Shown piece after piece: positions 1 to 8,762 of a DNA stretch of 64,000 bases. The DNA is from Candidatus Spongiisociaceae bacterium. Lineage in GTDB: Bacteria > Actinomycetota > Acidimicrobiia > Spongiisociales > Spongiisociaceae. The notes under the pieces were generated by a model, which saw only the letters and a list, made by a program, of their open reading frames with translations, had not been told where the DNA came from and made no database searches. The stretch is from the NCBI GenBank assembly GCA_965219685.1, contig CBDCOH010000002.1:3264001-3328000 (forward strand). Direction: 5' to 3'. Each line of letters starts with the position of its first letter. Within the stretch, counting starts at the first letter, position 1. Both the position numbers and the translations under genes were made by a program.

Positions 1-49
1 TCCTGGGCTTGGCATCATCAACAAGCTCTCCTTCCTCGAGTCCTACTAG
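1..49 (+). CDS. 3' end of probable ABC family-5 solute-binding protein (partial)
   Basis: Frame from position 2 reads PGLGIINKLSFLESY*. It lies directly upstream of a DppBCDF set and resembles the C-terminus of the SBP at 25873..27684. Confidence 0.6.
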   Translation, partial: PGLGIINKLSFLESY

Positions 50-114
50 ACGGAGTACCTGTCACTGGTCGCTCGTCGGATGGCGTTAGTGGCCCGGGCG
101 CCCTCTATTAGCCC

Positions 115-1104
115 ATGAGGCAATCGCTGGGCGCCCGGGCCCTCCAGTACGCGCTGGTACTGGCGGCAACGCTGCTGATCAACTTCATGCTGCCCAGGAT
201 CGCGCCCGGTAGTCCCCTGCAGCTCCTGGCAGGGTCGGAGATCGGCCACCTGACCGCCGACGAGATCGCGGCCATCACCGAGGCCTACGGACTCGATGAC
301 TCCCTGTGGGAACAGTTCTTCACCTACCTGGGAAACCTCGCACGCGGCGACTTCGGCTTTTCCTACCGGTTGGGCGAATCGGTGCTCTCGGTCCTATGGG
401 AGCGGATCCCCTGGACGCTGCTGCTGGCGGGCACCGGGCTCGTGATAGCCACGATTCTCGGTGTGGTCCTGGGTTCCTACGCTGCCCTACGGCGCAACAG
501 ACTCCCTGACGCAGCCATCACGGGATCCGCAGCGATGATCCAGTCGATCCCCACCTTCTTCACCGGCCTGCTGTTCCTTGCCGTGTTCGGTGCGCAACTC
601 GGCTGGTTCCCCACATTCGGAGCCCACGACATGATCCCCCCGGAAGGGCTGTGGGAGAGGATGACGGACCTGCTCGACCATCTGATCATGCCCGCCACGG
701 TCCTCGTCATGGCCACCTACCCGGCAACATTGTTGACGACGCGCTACGCGATGGTGGACCTCGTCGAAGAGGGGTTCATCGGCACCGCCTATTCGAAAGG
801 GCTCGGTGAGAGCACGATCCTCTTCCGGCACGGTCTCAGGAATGCGATCCTGCCGGTGCTGACCGTGTTCGCACTGCAGCTCGGTTACCTGATAAGCGGG
901 ACGGTGGTGATCGAGACCGTGTTCTCCTATCCGGGCGTGGGGCATCTCATGTTCGAAGCCGTTCTCGGACGCGACTATCCGGTGCTCCAGGCCGGCTTCC
1001 TGCTCATCACCGTCAGCGTCATCGCAGCGAACCTGCTGGCTGACATCTCGTACCAGTTCCTAGACCCGCGCGTGCGGTATGACGCAGCCCGATCAACGCA
1101 CTGA
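115..1104 (+). CDS. Peptide/nickel ABC transporter permease (DppB/OppB family)
   Basis: N-terminal PGSP...YGLD..LWEQFFTYL..LARGDFGFS; EAA-like loop TAYSKGL; IETVFSYPGVG; C-terminal LDPRVR. Confidence 0.95.
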   Translation: MRQSLGARALQYALVLAATLLINFMLPRIAPGSPLQLLAGSEIGHLTADEIAAITEAYGLDDSLWEQFFTYLGNLARGDFGFSYRLGESVLSVLWERIPWTLLLAGTGLVIATILGVVLGSYAALRRNRLPDAAITGSAAMIQSIPTFFTGLLFLAVFGAQLGWFPTFGAHDMIPPEGLWERMTDLLDHLIMPATVLVMATYPATLLTTRYAMVDLVEEGFIGTAYSKGLGESTILFRHGLRNAILPVLTVFALQLGYLISGTVVIETVFSYPGVGHLMFEAVLGRDYPVLQAGFLLITVSVIAANLLADISYQFLDPRVRYDAARSTH

Positions 1105-1980
1105 ACACGGCCGGATGAGCGGCGCCGAGCACCTGCAGCGGGTGCTCAGGCTCAGGGTGCCACAACGGCAGCGGACCCTTGGCATCGCGGGACTGGTCCT
1201 AGTGGGCCTGCTCATCCTCGTTGCCGTCTTCGCCCCGCTGATCGCGCCCTACGACCCGGCGGAGCGGGTCGGGAGACCTTTCGGGGAACCCAGCTCGGAA
1301 CACATACTGGGAACGAACGATGTCGGCAAGGACATCTTCAGCGAGCTCGTGTTCGGGTCCCGCGTCTCGATCGTCGTGGGGTTCACCACCGCGGTGAGCG
1401 CGGTGGCGATAGGGACGCTGATGGGACTGCTTGCGGGCTTCTACGGAGGCTGGGTCGACGCGGCTCTGATGCGGTTGACGGATGTGGTGCTTGTCATCCC
1501 CTTCCTGCCACTGATGATCGTGATGGCCGCGTTCTTCGGCCCGAGCATTCCAACCTCATCACCATCATGGCGTTGATCACGTGGCCTTGGGCTGCCCGTG
1601 TAGTACGCTCGCGGGCTCTCACCCTCCATTCGCGCGGCTTTGTCGAGTCCGCCAAGGCCCTCGGGGCGACCAACCGCCGCCTAATGACCAGATACTTCTT
1701 CCCCCTGCTCATGCCGCTGGCTCTCTCCCAGTTCGTCCTGGTAGTCCCCTACGCCATCCTCATCGAGGCGACCCTGAGCTTCCTGGGTCTCGGTGATCCC
1801 ACGGTTGCCACGTGGGGATCGATGCTGTTCTGGGCCAACGCCCGGGGAGCCTTTCTCGGCGACGCGTGGCTCTGGTGGATCCTGCCTACGGGAATGGCGA
1901 TCAGCCTCACGGTCCTGGCGTTCACCTACAGCGGCTACCTGGTCGAGAGCCTCATCGACGCTCGCTCCCGGAGACACTGA
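1079..1980 (+). pseudogene. ABC permease (DppC/OppC family) split by a 1-bp frameshift near 1550 (real or sequencing error)
   Basis: ORF 1079..1576 (HILGTNDVGKDIFS) and ORF 1567..1980 (ARVVRS..FVESAKALGA..EATLSFLGLG) are two halves of one DppC. ATT CC AAC lacks one base at 1550-1551. Confidence 0.85.
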
Positions 1981-2975
1981 TGGGCATCGCCACGACCGGC
2001 GACCCCCTGCTGGCCATCCGTGACCTCCGGGTCTCGTACAAGACCGGCGGCCGGATCGTGAACGCCGTCAACGGCATCGATCTCGATCTGCACAGGACGG
2101 AGACTCTGGCGATCGTCGGGGAGTCCGGTTCCGGCAAGAGCGTGACCGCCAGAGCGATCATGGGCATGATCAACGACGTGAACGCCGTGGTGAGCGGGTC
2201 GATCCGGTTTCGCGGGCGCGAGCTCCGGGGCCTGAAGGCCTCTGAGTTCAAGTCGATCCGGGGAAGGAAGATCGCGCTGGTCTCCCAGGAGGTGTTCGGT
2301 TCCCTGAATCCTGTAATGACCGTGGGGAACCAGATCGCCGAGATGTTCCGAGCCCATGACGGCGCCAGCTGGAGGGAGGGAAGGCGCCGGGCTCTCGAGT
2401 TGATGGAGCGGCTGGCCATCCCGTCGGCACAGGAGCGGGTGAGGGACTACCCGCACCAGTTCTCAGGTGGGATGTCCCAGCGGATCCTCATCGCCATGGC
2501 CATAGCCCTGGGTCCGGAGATCCTCATCGCCGACGAACCCACGACTGCGCTGGACGTGACCGTGCAGGCACAGATCATGGAGTTGCTGGCCGAACTCCAG
2601 GAAGAACGGGGCATGGCGCTCATCCTGATAACCCACGATGCGGGCGTGGTGGCCGAGGCGGCCGATCGTATAGCGGTGATGTACGCGGGTTCGATCATGG
2701 AGATCGGACCGACCGAGGACGTCTACGTGCGCACCGCCCATCCCTACATGAAGGGGCTGCTCGCATCGATGCCCGACCTCGGCCCGTCCGCCGCCGGGCT
2801 CGAACCCATTCCGGGCACTCCACCGGACCCCGCCAACCTGCCTCCGGGATGCGCCTTCGCGCCCCGCTGCCCGCTGACATCCGGAGTCTGCCCCGAAGTC
2901 CCACCGGTTCTCGAGATCGTCGAGGGCGCGCATGCCACCGCATGCCACCACTCGGACGAGGTCGCCGCGCTATGA
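1980..2975 (+). CDS. ABC ATP-binding protein (DppD/OppD)
   Basis: GESGSGKS, FSGGMSQR, LIADEPTTALD and a C-terminal GCAFAPRC. ATG at 1980 overlaps the upstream TGA. Confidence 0.95.
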   Translation: MGIATTGDPLLAIRDLRVSYKTGGRIVNAVNGIDLDLHRTETLAIVGESGSGKSVTARAIMGMINDVNAVVSGSIRFRGRELRGLKASEFKSIRGRKIALVSQEVFGSLNPVMTVGNQIAEMFRAHDGASWREGRRRALELMERLAIPSAQERVRDYPHQFSGGMSQRILIAMAIALGPEILIADEPTTALDVTVQAQIMELLAELQEERGMALILITHDAGVVAEAADRIAVMYAGSIMEIGPTEDVYVRTAHPYMKGLLASMPDLGPSAAGLEPIPGTPPDPANLPPGCAFAPRCPLTSGVCPEVPPVLEIVEGAHATACHHSDEVAAL

Positions 2976-3982
2976 ACTCCGCCGACGGACCGCTTATCGA
3001 GGTGAGAGATCTGGTGAAGCATTTCGAGACGGGTAGGGGAAGGGCCAGGCAGCGTGTCCGGGCCGTGGACGGAGTCTCCTTCTCCGTGCATCGAGCGGAG
3101 ACTTTCGGCGTAGTCGGCGAGTCAGGGTGCGGGAAGACGACAGTTGCTCGCCTGCTGATGCTGCTGGAGGAGGCGGACTCGGGATCGATCACGTTCAAGG
3201 GCGAGTCCGTGAACGACTTCGACCGCGAGCGGCGCCAGTCGTACCGGAGGCAGGTACAGATCGTCTTCCAGAACCCCGACGACTCGCTCCACCCTCGCCA
3301 TACGGTCTTCCAATCGGTATCGGAGCCCTGGGCGATACACCGGGACGTGCTCCCGCGCCGCGAATGGCAGGAACGGGCCAACGAGCTCCTGAATCTGGTG
3401 GGCCTGAGCGACAAGCACGCCGGCAGCTACCCGTTTCAGCTGTCCGGCGGGCAGAAGCAGCGGGTGTCGATAGCCCGCGCCCTGGCACTCGAACCCGACG
3501 TCGTGGTACTGGATGAGTGCGTGTCGGCCCTCGACGTGTCCATCCAGGCGCAGATCGTCAACCTTCTCCTCGGAATCCAGGACCGCTTGGGCCTGAGCAT
3601 GATCTTCATCTCGCACGATCTGTCGGTGGTCCGCAACATCGCGGACCGGGTGGCGGTCATGTATCTCGGCAAGATCCTCGAAGCGGGAGGGACTTCCGAC
3701 ATTTTCGGGCAGCCCAGCCATCCCTACACGAAGGCCCTGCTGTCCGCCATACCGCTGGCGGATCCCACCCGTTCGCGTCCCGACCGGATCCTGCTGGCAG
3801 GCGATCCTCCCAGCCCGATAGACCCCCCTTCGGGCTGCCGCTTCCGGACGCGCTGCTGGCAGGCAGACGAACTCTGCGCTCGAGAGGAACCTCAACTCAT
3901 CGCAAGGACCGGCGGCGATCGCCGCTCCGCCTGCCACTACGCAACGCCGGAGGACGTACTGCGTGTGGATGGCTCACGTTGA
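2972..3982 (+). CDS. ABC ATP-binding protein (DppF/OppF)
   Basis: GESGCGKT, LSGGQKQR, LDECVSALD, GCRFRTRC; ATGA overlap with the previous gene. Confidence 0.95.
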   Translation: MNSADGPLIEVRDLVKHFETGRGRARQRVRAVDGVSFSVHRAETFGVVGESGCGKTTVARLLMLLEEADSGSITFKGESVNDFDRERRQSYRRQVQIVFQNPDDSLHPRHTVFQSVSEPWAIHRDVLPRREWQERANELLNLVGLSDKHAGSYPFQLSGGQKQRVSIARALALEPDVVVLDECVSALDVSIQAQIVNLLLGIQDRLGLSMIFISHDLSVVRNIADRVAVMYLGKILEAGGTSDIFGQPSHPYTKALLSAIPLADPTRSRPDRILLAGDPPSPIDPPSGCRFRTRCWQADELCAREEPQLIARTGGDRRSACHYATPEDVLRVDGSR

Positions 3983-3986
3983 CAAC

Positions 3987-4036
3987 TAGATGGTTAGTTC
4001 CTAGTTGGTAGTCTGTAGTTGGTGAGCGGTGGTTAG
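3987..4036 (+). repeat. Degenerate heptamer tandem repeat (TAGTTGG-like)
   Basis: TAGATGG t TAGTTCC TAGTTGG TAGTCTG TAGTTGG TGAGCGG TGGTTAG, starting 4 nt after the dppF stop. Confidence 0.6.
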
Positions 4037-4166
4037 CGTTAGATTGAGGCAAGTGCCAGCCTCGTTAGCACGGTTCGAGAGTCGCTGGCGGGCCGAGGGG
4101 CGACTCTCACGGAGTAGATGCGAGGGGATCCGGCCCAAAGACAGATGCCTGCAAGCTACTGCTGTG

Positions 4167-4196
4167 TTGTACAGCGTTGTGTACTGATGGTATAGT
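4167..4196 (+). promoter_or_regulatory. Sigma70-like promoter overlapped by a palindromic operator, with no downstream ORF
   Basis: TTGTAC-N18-TATAGT with an extended TGn -10; palindrome GTACA-N6-TGTAC at 4169-4184. Confidence 0.4.
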
Positions 4197-4304
4197 TTCG
4201 GTCGCTTCCAGTCAGATCCCTTAGAACTACTCATCTAGATCGTGGTGGCAAACGACTGCGCATTGGGTGGACGGGCCTAAGTTGTCCCGCTTCGAGGTCC
4301 GTTA

Positions 4305-5057
4305 CTACAGACCCCAACCGCCGTCGATTCTCAGGTTCTGCCCGTTGATGTAGGACGCGTCCGGCGAGGCGAGAAACACCACCGCCGCCACCACGTCTGC
4401 TGGCAAGCCGACGCGGCCCGAAGCAGTTCGGGTCGTCACGTAGCGGAGGTTGTCAGGCTGGCTCAACCACTGATCGTTCAGGCTGGTGCGGATGTAACCG
4501 GGGGCGACCGCGTTCACGCGAACTTCGGGCGACAGCCGGGAGGCAAAGCCCCGGGTGAGGTGCATGAGCGCCGCCTTGCTCGCTTGGTAGGTGAGCGGGG
4601 CGCCCGTGACTTCTTCTCCCGCGACCGAGCCCACGTTTACAATCGACCCTCCCCCTGCCTCCCGCATCCGCCATCCGATGTCCTGGCAGAGCAGGAACGG
4701 CGCCCGCACGTTCACGTTCATCACGTGCCCGAAGTCCTCGGAACCGGCCGCCGGGGGATCGCGGCGGACGATCACACCGGCCGCGTTCACCAGGATGTCG
4801 ATGCCGGATCTCCACTCCCACCCCTCTGACATCACCCTGCGGACGGAGTCCACGTCGGAGAGGTCGGCGACGAGCGCCCGGAAGTCCGGCCCTAGCGCCT
4901 CGACTTCGGAACGGAGCGACCCTAGGTCATCCCTCGACCTGGCCACGCCCACTACGTCCGCGCCGGCCCGGGCAAGACCGAGCGCAACCGCCCTCCCTAT
5001 TCCCCTGCTGGCGCCGGTGACGAGGGCCGTGCTCCCCGTGAGGTCAATTCCCCACAT
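4305..5057 (-). CDS. SDR family oxidoreductase (KduD/FabG-like)
   Basis: TGASRGIG, NAAG, catalytic YQASK, VNAVAPG, IDGG. Confidence 0.93.
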   Translation of the reverse strand: MWGIDLTGSTALVTGASRGIGRAVALGLARAGADVVGVARSRDDLGSLRSEVEALGPDFRALVADLSDVDSVRRVMSEGWEWRSGIDILVNAAGVIVRRDPPAAGSEDFGHVMNVNVRAPFLLCQDIGWRMREAGGGSIVNVGSVAGEEVTGAPLTYQASKAALMHLTRGFASRLSPEVRVNAVAPGYIRTSLNDQWLSQPDNLRYVTTRTASGRVGLPADVVAAVVFLASPDASYINGQNLRIDGGWGL

Positions 5058-5287
5058 GGGCTGGCAGCCAGGATTCTTGAGAGGTCTCGGTACGGAGTTT
5101 GTCGATCCTGAAATGCTAGCTCCGGACCCGGGCCACCTACATTGCTGCCGACGGTCCAGGTGGGAGGCAATCCCGACATGCCAACTCCCACCGGTTCACC
5201 GCACCTCCATGACTGTCTCGTCGCACCCGGACGGCAGGGGCCGACCTGTTAGCTTGAACCTCGCCAACCGCGACCTAGAGGTGGAGT

Positions 5288-6292
5288 ATGGACGGTGTCG
5301 GATTCGCCGCCGGGTACGACCCGAACATGGACGTCCGGGAGATAGCCAGCTGGATGAAGAAGGCGGACGAGCGTGGGTTCGTGATGGGGTTCTTCTCCGA
5401 GACCATCGAGTTGAACCGGGACTCGGTGTCGGCGCTGACCGCCGCCGGACTGGCCACCGAGCGCATCACGCTGGGAGCCACCCAGACAGTGCGCATCCGG
5501 AACCCGCTCGTCATGGCCCAGACCATCGCTTCCCTGGACGAGATCAGCGGCGGCCGGATGATCCTCTCGCCGGGTGCGTGTACCAACACCCACGCCCGGC
5601 GCTACGGTCTCGACCCGATCTCCCCCCCACAGACTCTGCGAGAGTGGGTGGAGTCCATACGGCTGGTGCTGGGCGGTCAGAACGTCTCCTACTCCGGTGA
5701 AGTGATCTCCTTCGAGAACGCGCAGCTGGGCTTCGAGCCGGTCCGGGACCATATCCCGTTCCTGATGCCCGCCACCAGCGCCACCGGGTTGCGGCTTGCG
5801 GGCAAGATAGGCGACGGTGTGATGCTCAACGCAGCCTGCTCGCCGGAGTACTCGGCCAACGCGCTGGCCATCGCCAGGCAGTCCTGGGAGGAGGAGGGGC
5901 GCGACTGGAACAACTTCATCGTGGCGCAGCTGGTCAACTGCTCCATCGAGGACGACCGCCAGACAGCCCTGGACCAGGTCCGATGGGAGATCGCCACCAA
6001 GTTCGACCCCATCCAGATGCCGTTCATCGCCGGGCCCAAGATGCGGGTGGGCGAGCCCTACATCCACGCGGAGGACATACCGAAGTTCAAGCAAGCCTGG
6101 GCGCGGGGAGGCAAGCAGGCCCTGGTGGAAGCAGTTCCCGACAGCTATGTCGAGGGCATGACCGCTTCAGGAACCCCGGGGGAGGTCAAGGAGAAGGTAG
6201 CACGCTACCGGGAGGCAGGCGTAAGGGTCACGGTGCTCCGGCCGGCCGCCAAGCACCAGGCACAGCGACTACTGGATCTGTTCGCCGAGTAG
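5288..6292 (+). CDS. LLM-class flavin/F420-dependent oxidoreductase (Mer-like)
   Basis: Luciferase-like motifs LATERITLG..IRNPLVMAQTIASLDEISGGRMIL, LAGKIGDGV, SGTPGEV; RBS GAGGTGGAG. Confidence 0.9.
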   Translation: MDGVGFAAGYDPNMDVREIASWMKKADERGFVMGFFSETIELNRDSVSALTAAGLATERITLGATQTVRIRNPLVMAQTIASLDEISGGRMILSPGACTNTHARRYGLDPISPPQTLREWVESIRLVLGGQNVSYSGEVISFENAQLGFEPVRDHIPFLMPATSATGLRLAGKIGDGVMLNAACSPEYSANALAIARQSWEEEGRDWNNFIVAQLVNCSIEDDRQTALDQVRWEIATKFDPIQMPFIAGPKMRVGEPYIHAEDIPKFKQAWARGGKQALVEAVPDSYVEGMTASGTPGEVKEKVARYREAGVRVTVLRPAAKHQAQRLLDLFAE

Positions 6293-6328
6293 ATCGGCCA
6301 CCACTTCCGCCCCGCCGAGCGGTGGTAC

Positions 6329-7315
6329 CTAAGCCTCGTTGACTCGGGGAATCACCAGTTCGTTCAGCATGTCCAACTGCTCGGGCTCGTCCGAAGTCGG
6401 ACCGAGGACCAGATACTCGCAGCCGGCGTCCCTGAGGTCGACGATCCGCTCCACGATGTCGTCGATCGAACCGAACATGTACGACCTCTCCAGGTGATCC
6501 CGGTCCCGGTGAGGGCCCATGACCTCGGAGAAGTACCCATGCTGGATCGTCTTCGCCTTCTCCCGGTCGTTCGTGTCAACGAGCAGGGTGAAGTTGCAGT
6601 GACCGAATCTCGGTGGGTCCTGGTCCCGCGCCGCGGCGTGATGCCTGATCAGTTCCCAGTCCCGCTTCACCCATTCCTGCTCGCCGGAACAACGCGACAG
6701 CCACCAGTCCGCTCCGAGTATCCGATCCCGGACGGTATTGGCCAGCTTGGCTACGTCGTGATCGTACGCGCCGTCCGGGATCCGCGAACCACCCGCCACC
6801 CAGATCGGCGGGATCCTCGGTGGCCGGGGCTCGATGGTCAGGTCCTTAACCGAGTAGAAACGGCCCTCGAACGTCACCTCGTCCTCGGTGAGGAGCCGGC
6901 GGATCAGGCTCATCATCTCGTCGGTACGCCGTCCGCGCTCGGTGACGCTGGTCCCGACAGCCTCGAACTCCGGCGGGTACCACCCCGGACCGATGCCGAA
7001 CTGGAACCTGCCGCCGTAGAGGAAGTCGAGGGTGGCCACCTCCTTGGCGACCACGACCGGGTGCCGGACGGGCAGCACGAGAATCCCGGTCCCCACCCAC
7101 ACGTCGGGGGCGACGGCAGCCGCCCAGGTGCATACATGCAGCGGCTCGAGCCATGACATCCCGTACAAGCCCGGGGCGTGGAGCAGGTGGTCGATGGTCC
7201 ACAGATCGATGCCGTACCGGTTGGCCCTGCGCGAGAACGTGTCCACACCCTTCCTCACCCGGTCGTAGTCGAGGTCCGGGTAGGTGTACGAGGGGATCCA
7301 TGCACCGAAGCGCAT
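6329..7315 (-). CDS. LLM-class flavin/F420-dependent oxidoreductase
   Basis: Start MRFGAWIP; WTIDH, GTGILVLPVRHPVVVAKEVATLD, GIGPGWYPPEF, PPIWVAGGS. Confidence 0.92.
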   Translation of the reverse strand: MRFGAWIPSYTYPDLDYDRVRKGVDTFSRRANRYGIDLWTIDHLLHAPGLYGMSWLEPLHVCTWAAAVAPDVWVGTGILVLPVRHPVVVAKEVATLDFLYGGRFQFGIGPGWYPPEFEAVGTSVTERGRRTDEMMSLIRRLLTEDEVTFEGRFYSVKDLTIEPRPPRIPPIWVAGGSRIPDGAYDHDVAKLANTVRDRILGADWWLSRCSGEQEWVKRDWELIRHHAAARDQDPPRFGHCNFTLLVDTNDREKAKTIQHGYFSEVMGPHRDRDHLERSYMFGSIDDIVERIVDLRDAGCEYLVLGPTSDEPEQLDMLNELVIPRVNEA

Positions 7316-7428
7316 CAGCCGGCTCCTTGCGCTGCCTCGGGGATGCCACCGTTCTGAACGGGGAATGGCGGTTCTCAGTATACTTGCCTCCCCAGCTCCC
7401 GGCGGGGCTGCGCGGGCAGGGGAGGATC

Positions 7429-8274
7429 TTGAAGCCGCCGCCTTTCGCATACGTGAGGCCTGCCTCTCTCGACGAGGCGGCCGGACTCCTGTCCGAGGAT
7501 GACGGAGCGGTCCTCCTTGCCGGCGGCCAGAGCCTGGTGCCGATGCTCAACCTGCGTCTGGCGCGACCGTCGACCGTTGTGGACATATCCGGTCTAACGG
7601 GTCTCGCCGGGATCGAGTGGAGCGCTGATCGGGTCACTATCGGAGCGCTGGCGACACAATATGCCGTCGAGACCCACCCGTGGCCGGACTCGTTGGCTGC
7701 CCTTCCCCATGCCGTCGCCAACATCGCGTACCCGGCCATCCGGCACCGGGGAACCGTCGGCGGTAGCCTCGCCCATGCCGACCCGAGCGCCGAGCTCCCC
7801 ACCGTGACGACCGCTCTCGGCGCCGGCATCCACCTCCGCTCGGTGAGAGGAGACCGCAGGGTTCCGGCGGAGGACTTCTTCGTGGGCTACTTCTCCACCG
7901 CGCGCGATCCGGACGAGATCGTCGTGGCGCTCGACCTTCCGTTGCGGCCCCGGATGAGAACGGGTTTCGCCGAGTTCAGCCGGCGCCCCGGAGACTTCGC
8001 CGTGGCGCTCGCTGCGACCGCGACCTGGGAAGGGCCGATGGGAAAGTTCGCCCGCGTGGTGGTAGGTGGGCTCGACATGCGGCCCCGCAGGATCGACACG
8101 TTCGAGCGGGCGCTCCTCGAAGGAGAGGATTGGCGGGATCACTGCACGCCGGAGGTCCTTTCCTGCTACACCGAACCTGTCTCGGACATACACGGGTCGT
8201 CCGAGTACCGGTTGCATGTGGGCGCCGAGTTGGTTCGCCTTGCCCTCGAACGGATGGAGGGGGGTTCCTCATGA
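7429..8274 (+). CDS. Mo-hydroxylase FAD-binding medium subunit (CoxM/XdhB-like)
   Basis: TTG start after GGAGG gives (M)KPPPFAYVRP; LAGGQSLVPMLNLR, RGTVGGSLAHADP. Confidence 0.93.
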   Translation: MKPPPFAYVRPASLDEAAGLLSEDDGAVLLAGGQSLVPMLNLRLARPSTVVDISGLTGLAGIEWSADRVTIGALATQYAVETHPWPDSLAALPHAVANIAYPAIRHRGTVGGSLAHADPSAELPTVTTALGAGIHLRSVRGDRRVPAEDFFVGYFSTARDPDEIVVALDLPLRPRMRTGFAEFSRRPGDFAVALAATATWEGPMGKFARVVVGGLDMRPRRIDTFERALLEGEDWRDHCTPEVLSCYTEPVSDIHGSSEYRLHVGAELVRLALERMEGGSS

Positions 8275-8762
8275 GGGTTCCCGCCGACGGGACGCTTTCC
8301 GTGTCGGTGACCGTCAACGGCGTGCTGCGCTCGGCAGAGACCACGCCCCGCACCCTCCTCTCCGACTTCATCCGGGATAGCCTCGGCCTGAAGGGCACCA
8401 ACGTCGGATGCGAGCACGGCTACTGCGGCGCCTGCACCGTGATCCTGGACGGGCAGACGGTCCGTAGCTGCCTCATCCTTGCGCCGCAGGCTGAAGGGTC
8501 GCAGGTCACCACGGTCGAGCAGCTGGCCACCGGCGGCGAACTCTCCCCGCTCCAGGAGGCCTTCCGGCAGGCTCACGGTCTGCAGTGCGGGTTCTGCACG
8601 CCGGGTTTCCTCATGTCCGCCACCGAACTCCTCGACAATACGCAGGGACCGCTCACCCGCGACGAGATCCGATCGGCCATCGTGGGCAACATCTGTCGGT
8701 GCACCGGATACGTTCACATCGTCGACGCCATCAAGAAGGCATCCGCGATGAGGCAGCCGTGA
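8271..8762 (+). CDS. Mo-hydroxylase 2x[2Fe-2S] small subunit (CoxS-like)
   Basis: GCEHGYCGACT...SC, QCGFCTPG, GNICRCTGY. Confidence 0.95.
   Translation: MRVPADGTLSVSVTVNGVLRSAETTPRTLLSDFIRDSLGLKGTNVGCEHGYCGACTVILDGQTVRSCLILAPQAEGSQVTTVEQLATGGELSPLQEAFRQAHGLQCGFCTPGFLMSATELLDNTQGPLTRDEIRSAIVGNICRCTGYVHIVDAIKKASAMRQP

Noticed and set aside
4001-4234. 77-aa minus-strand ORF
   Set aside because: No RBS or family motif, atypical composition, and it runs through the heptamer repeat.
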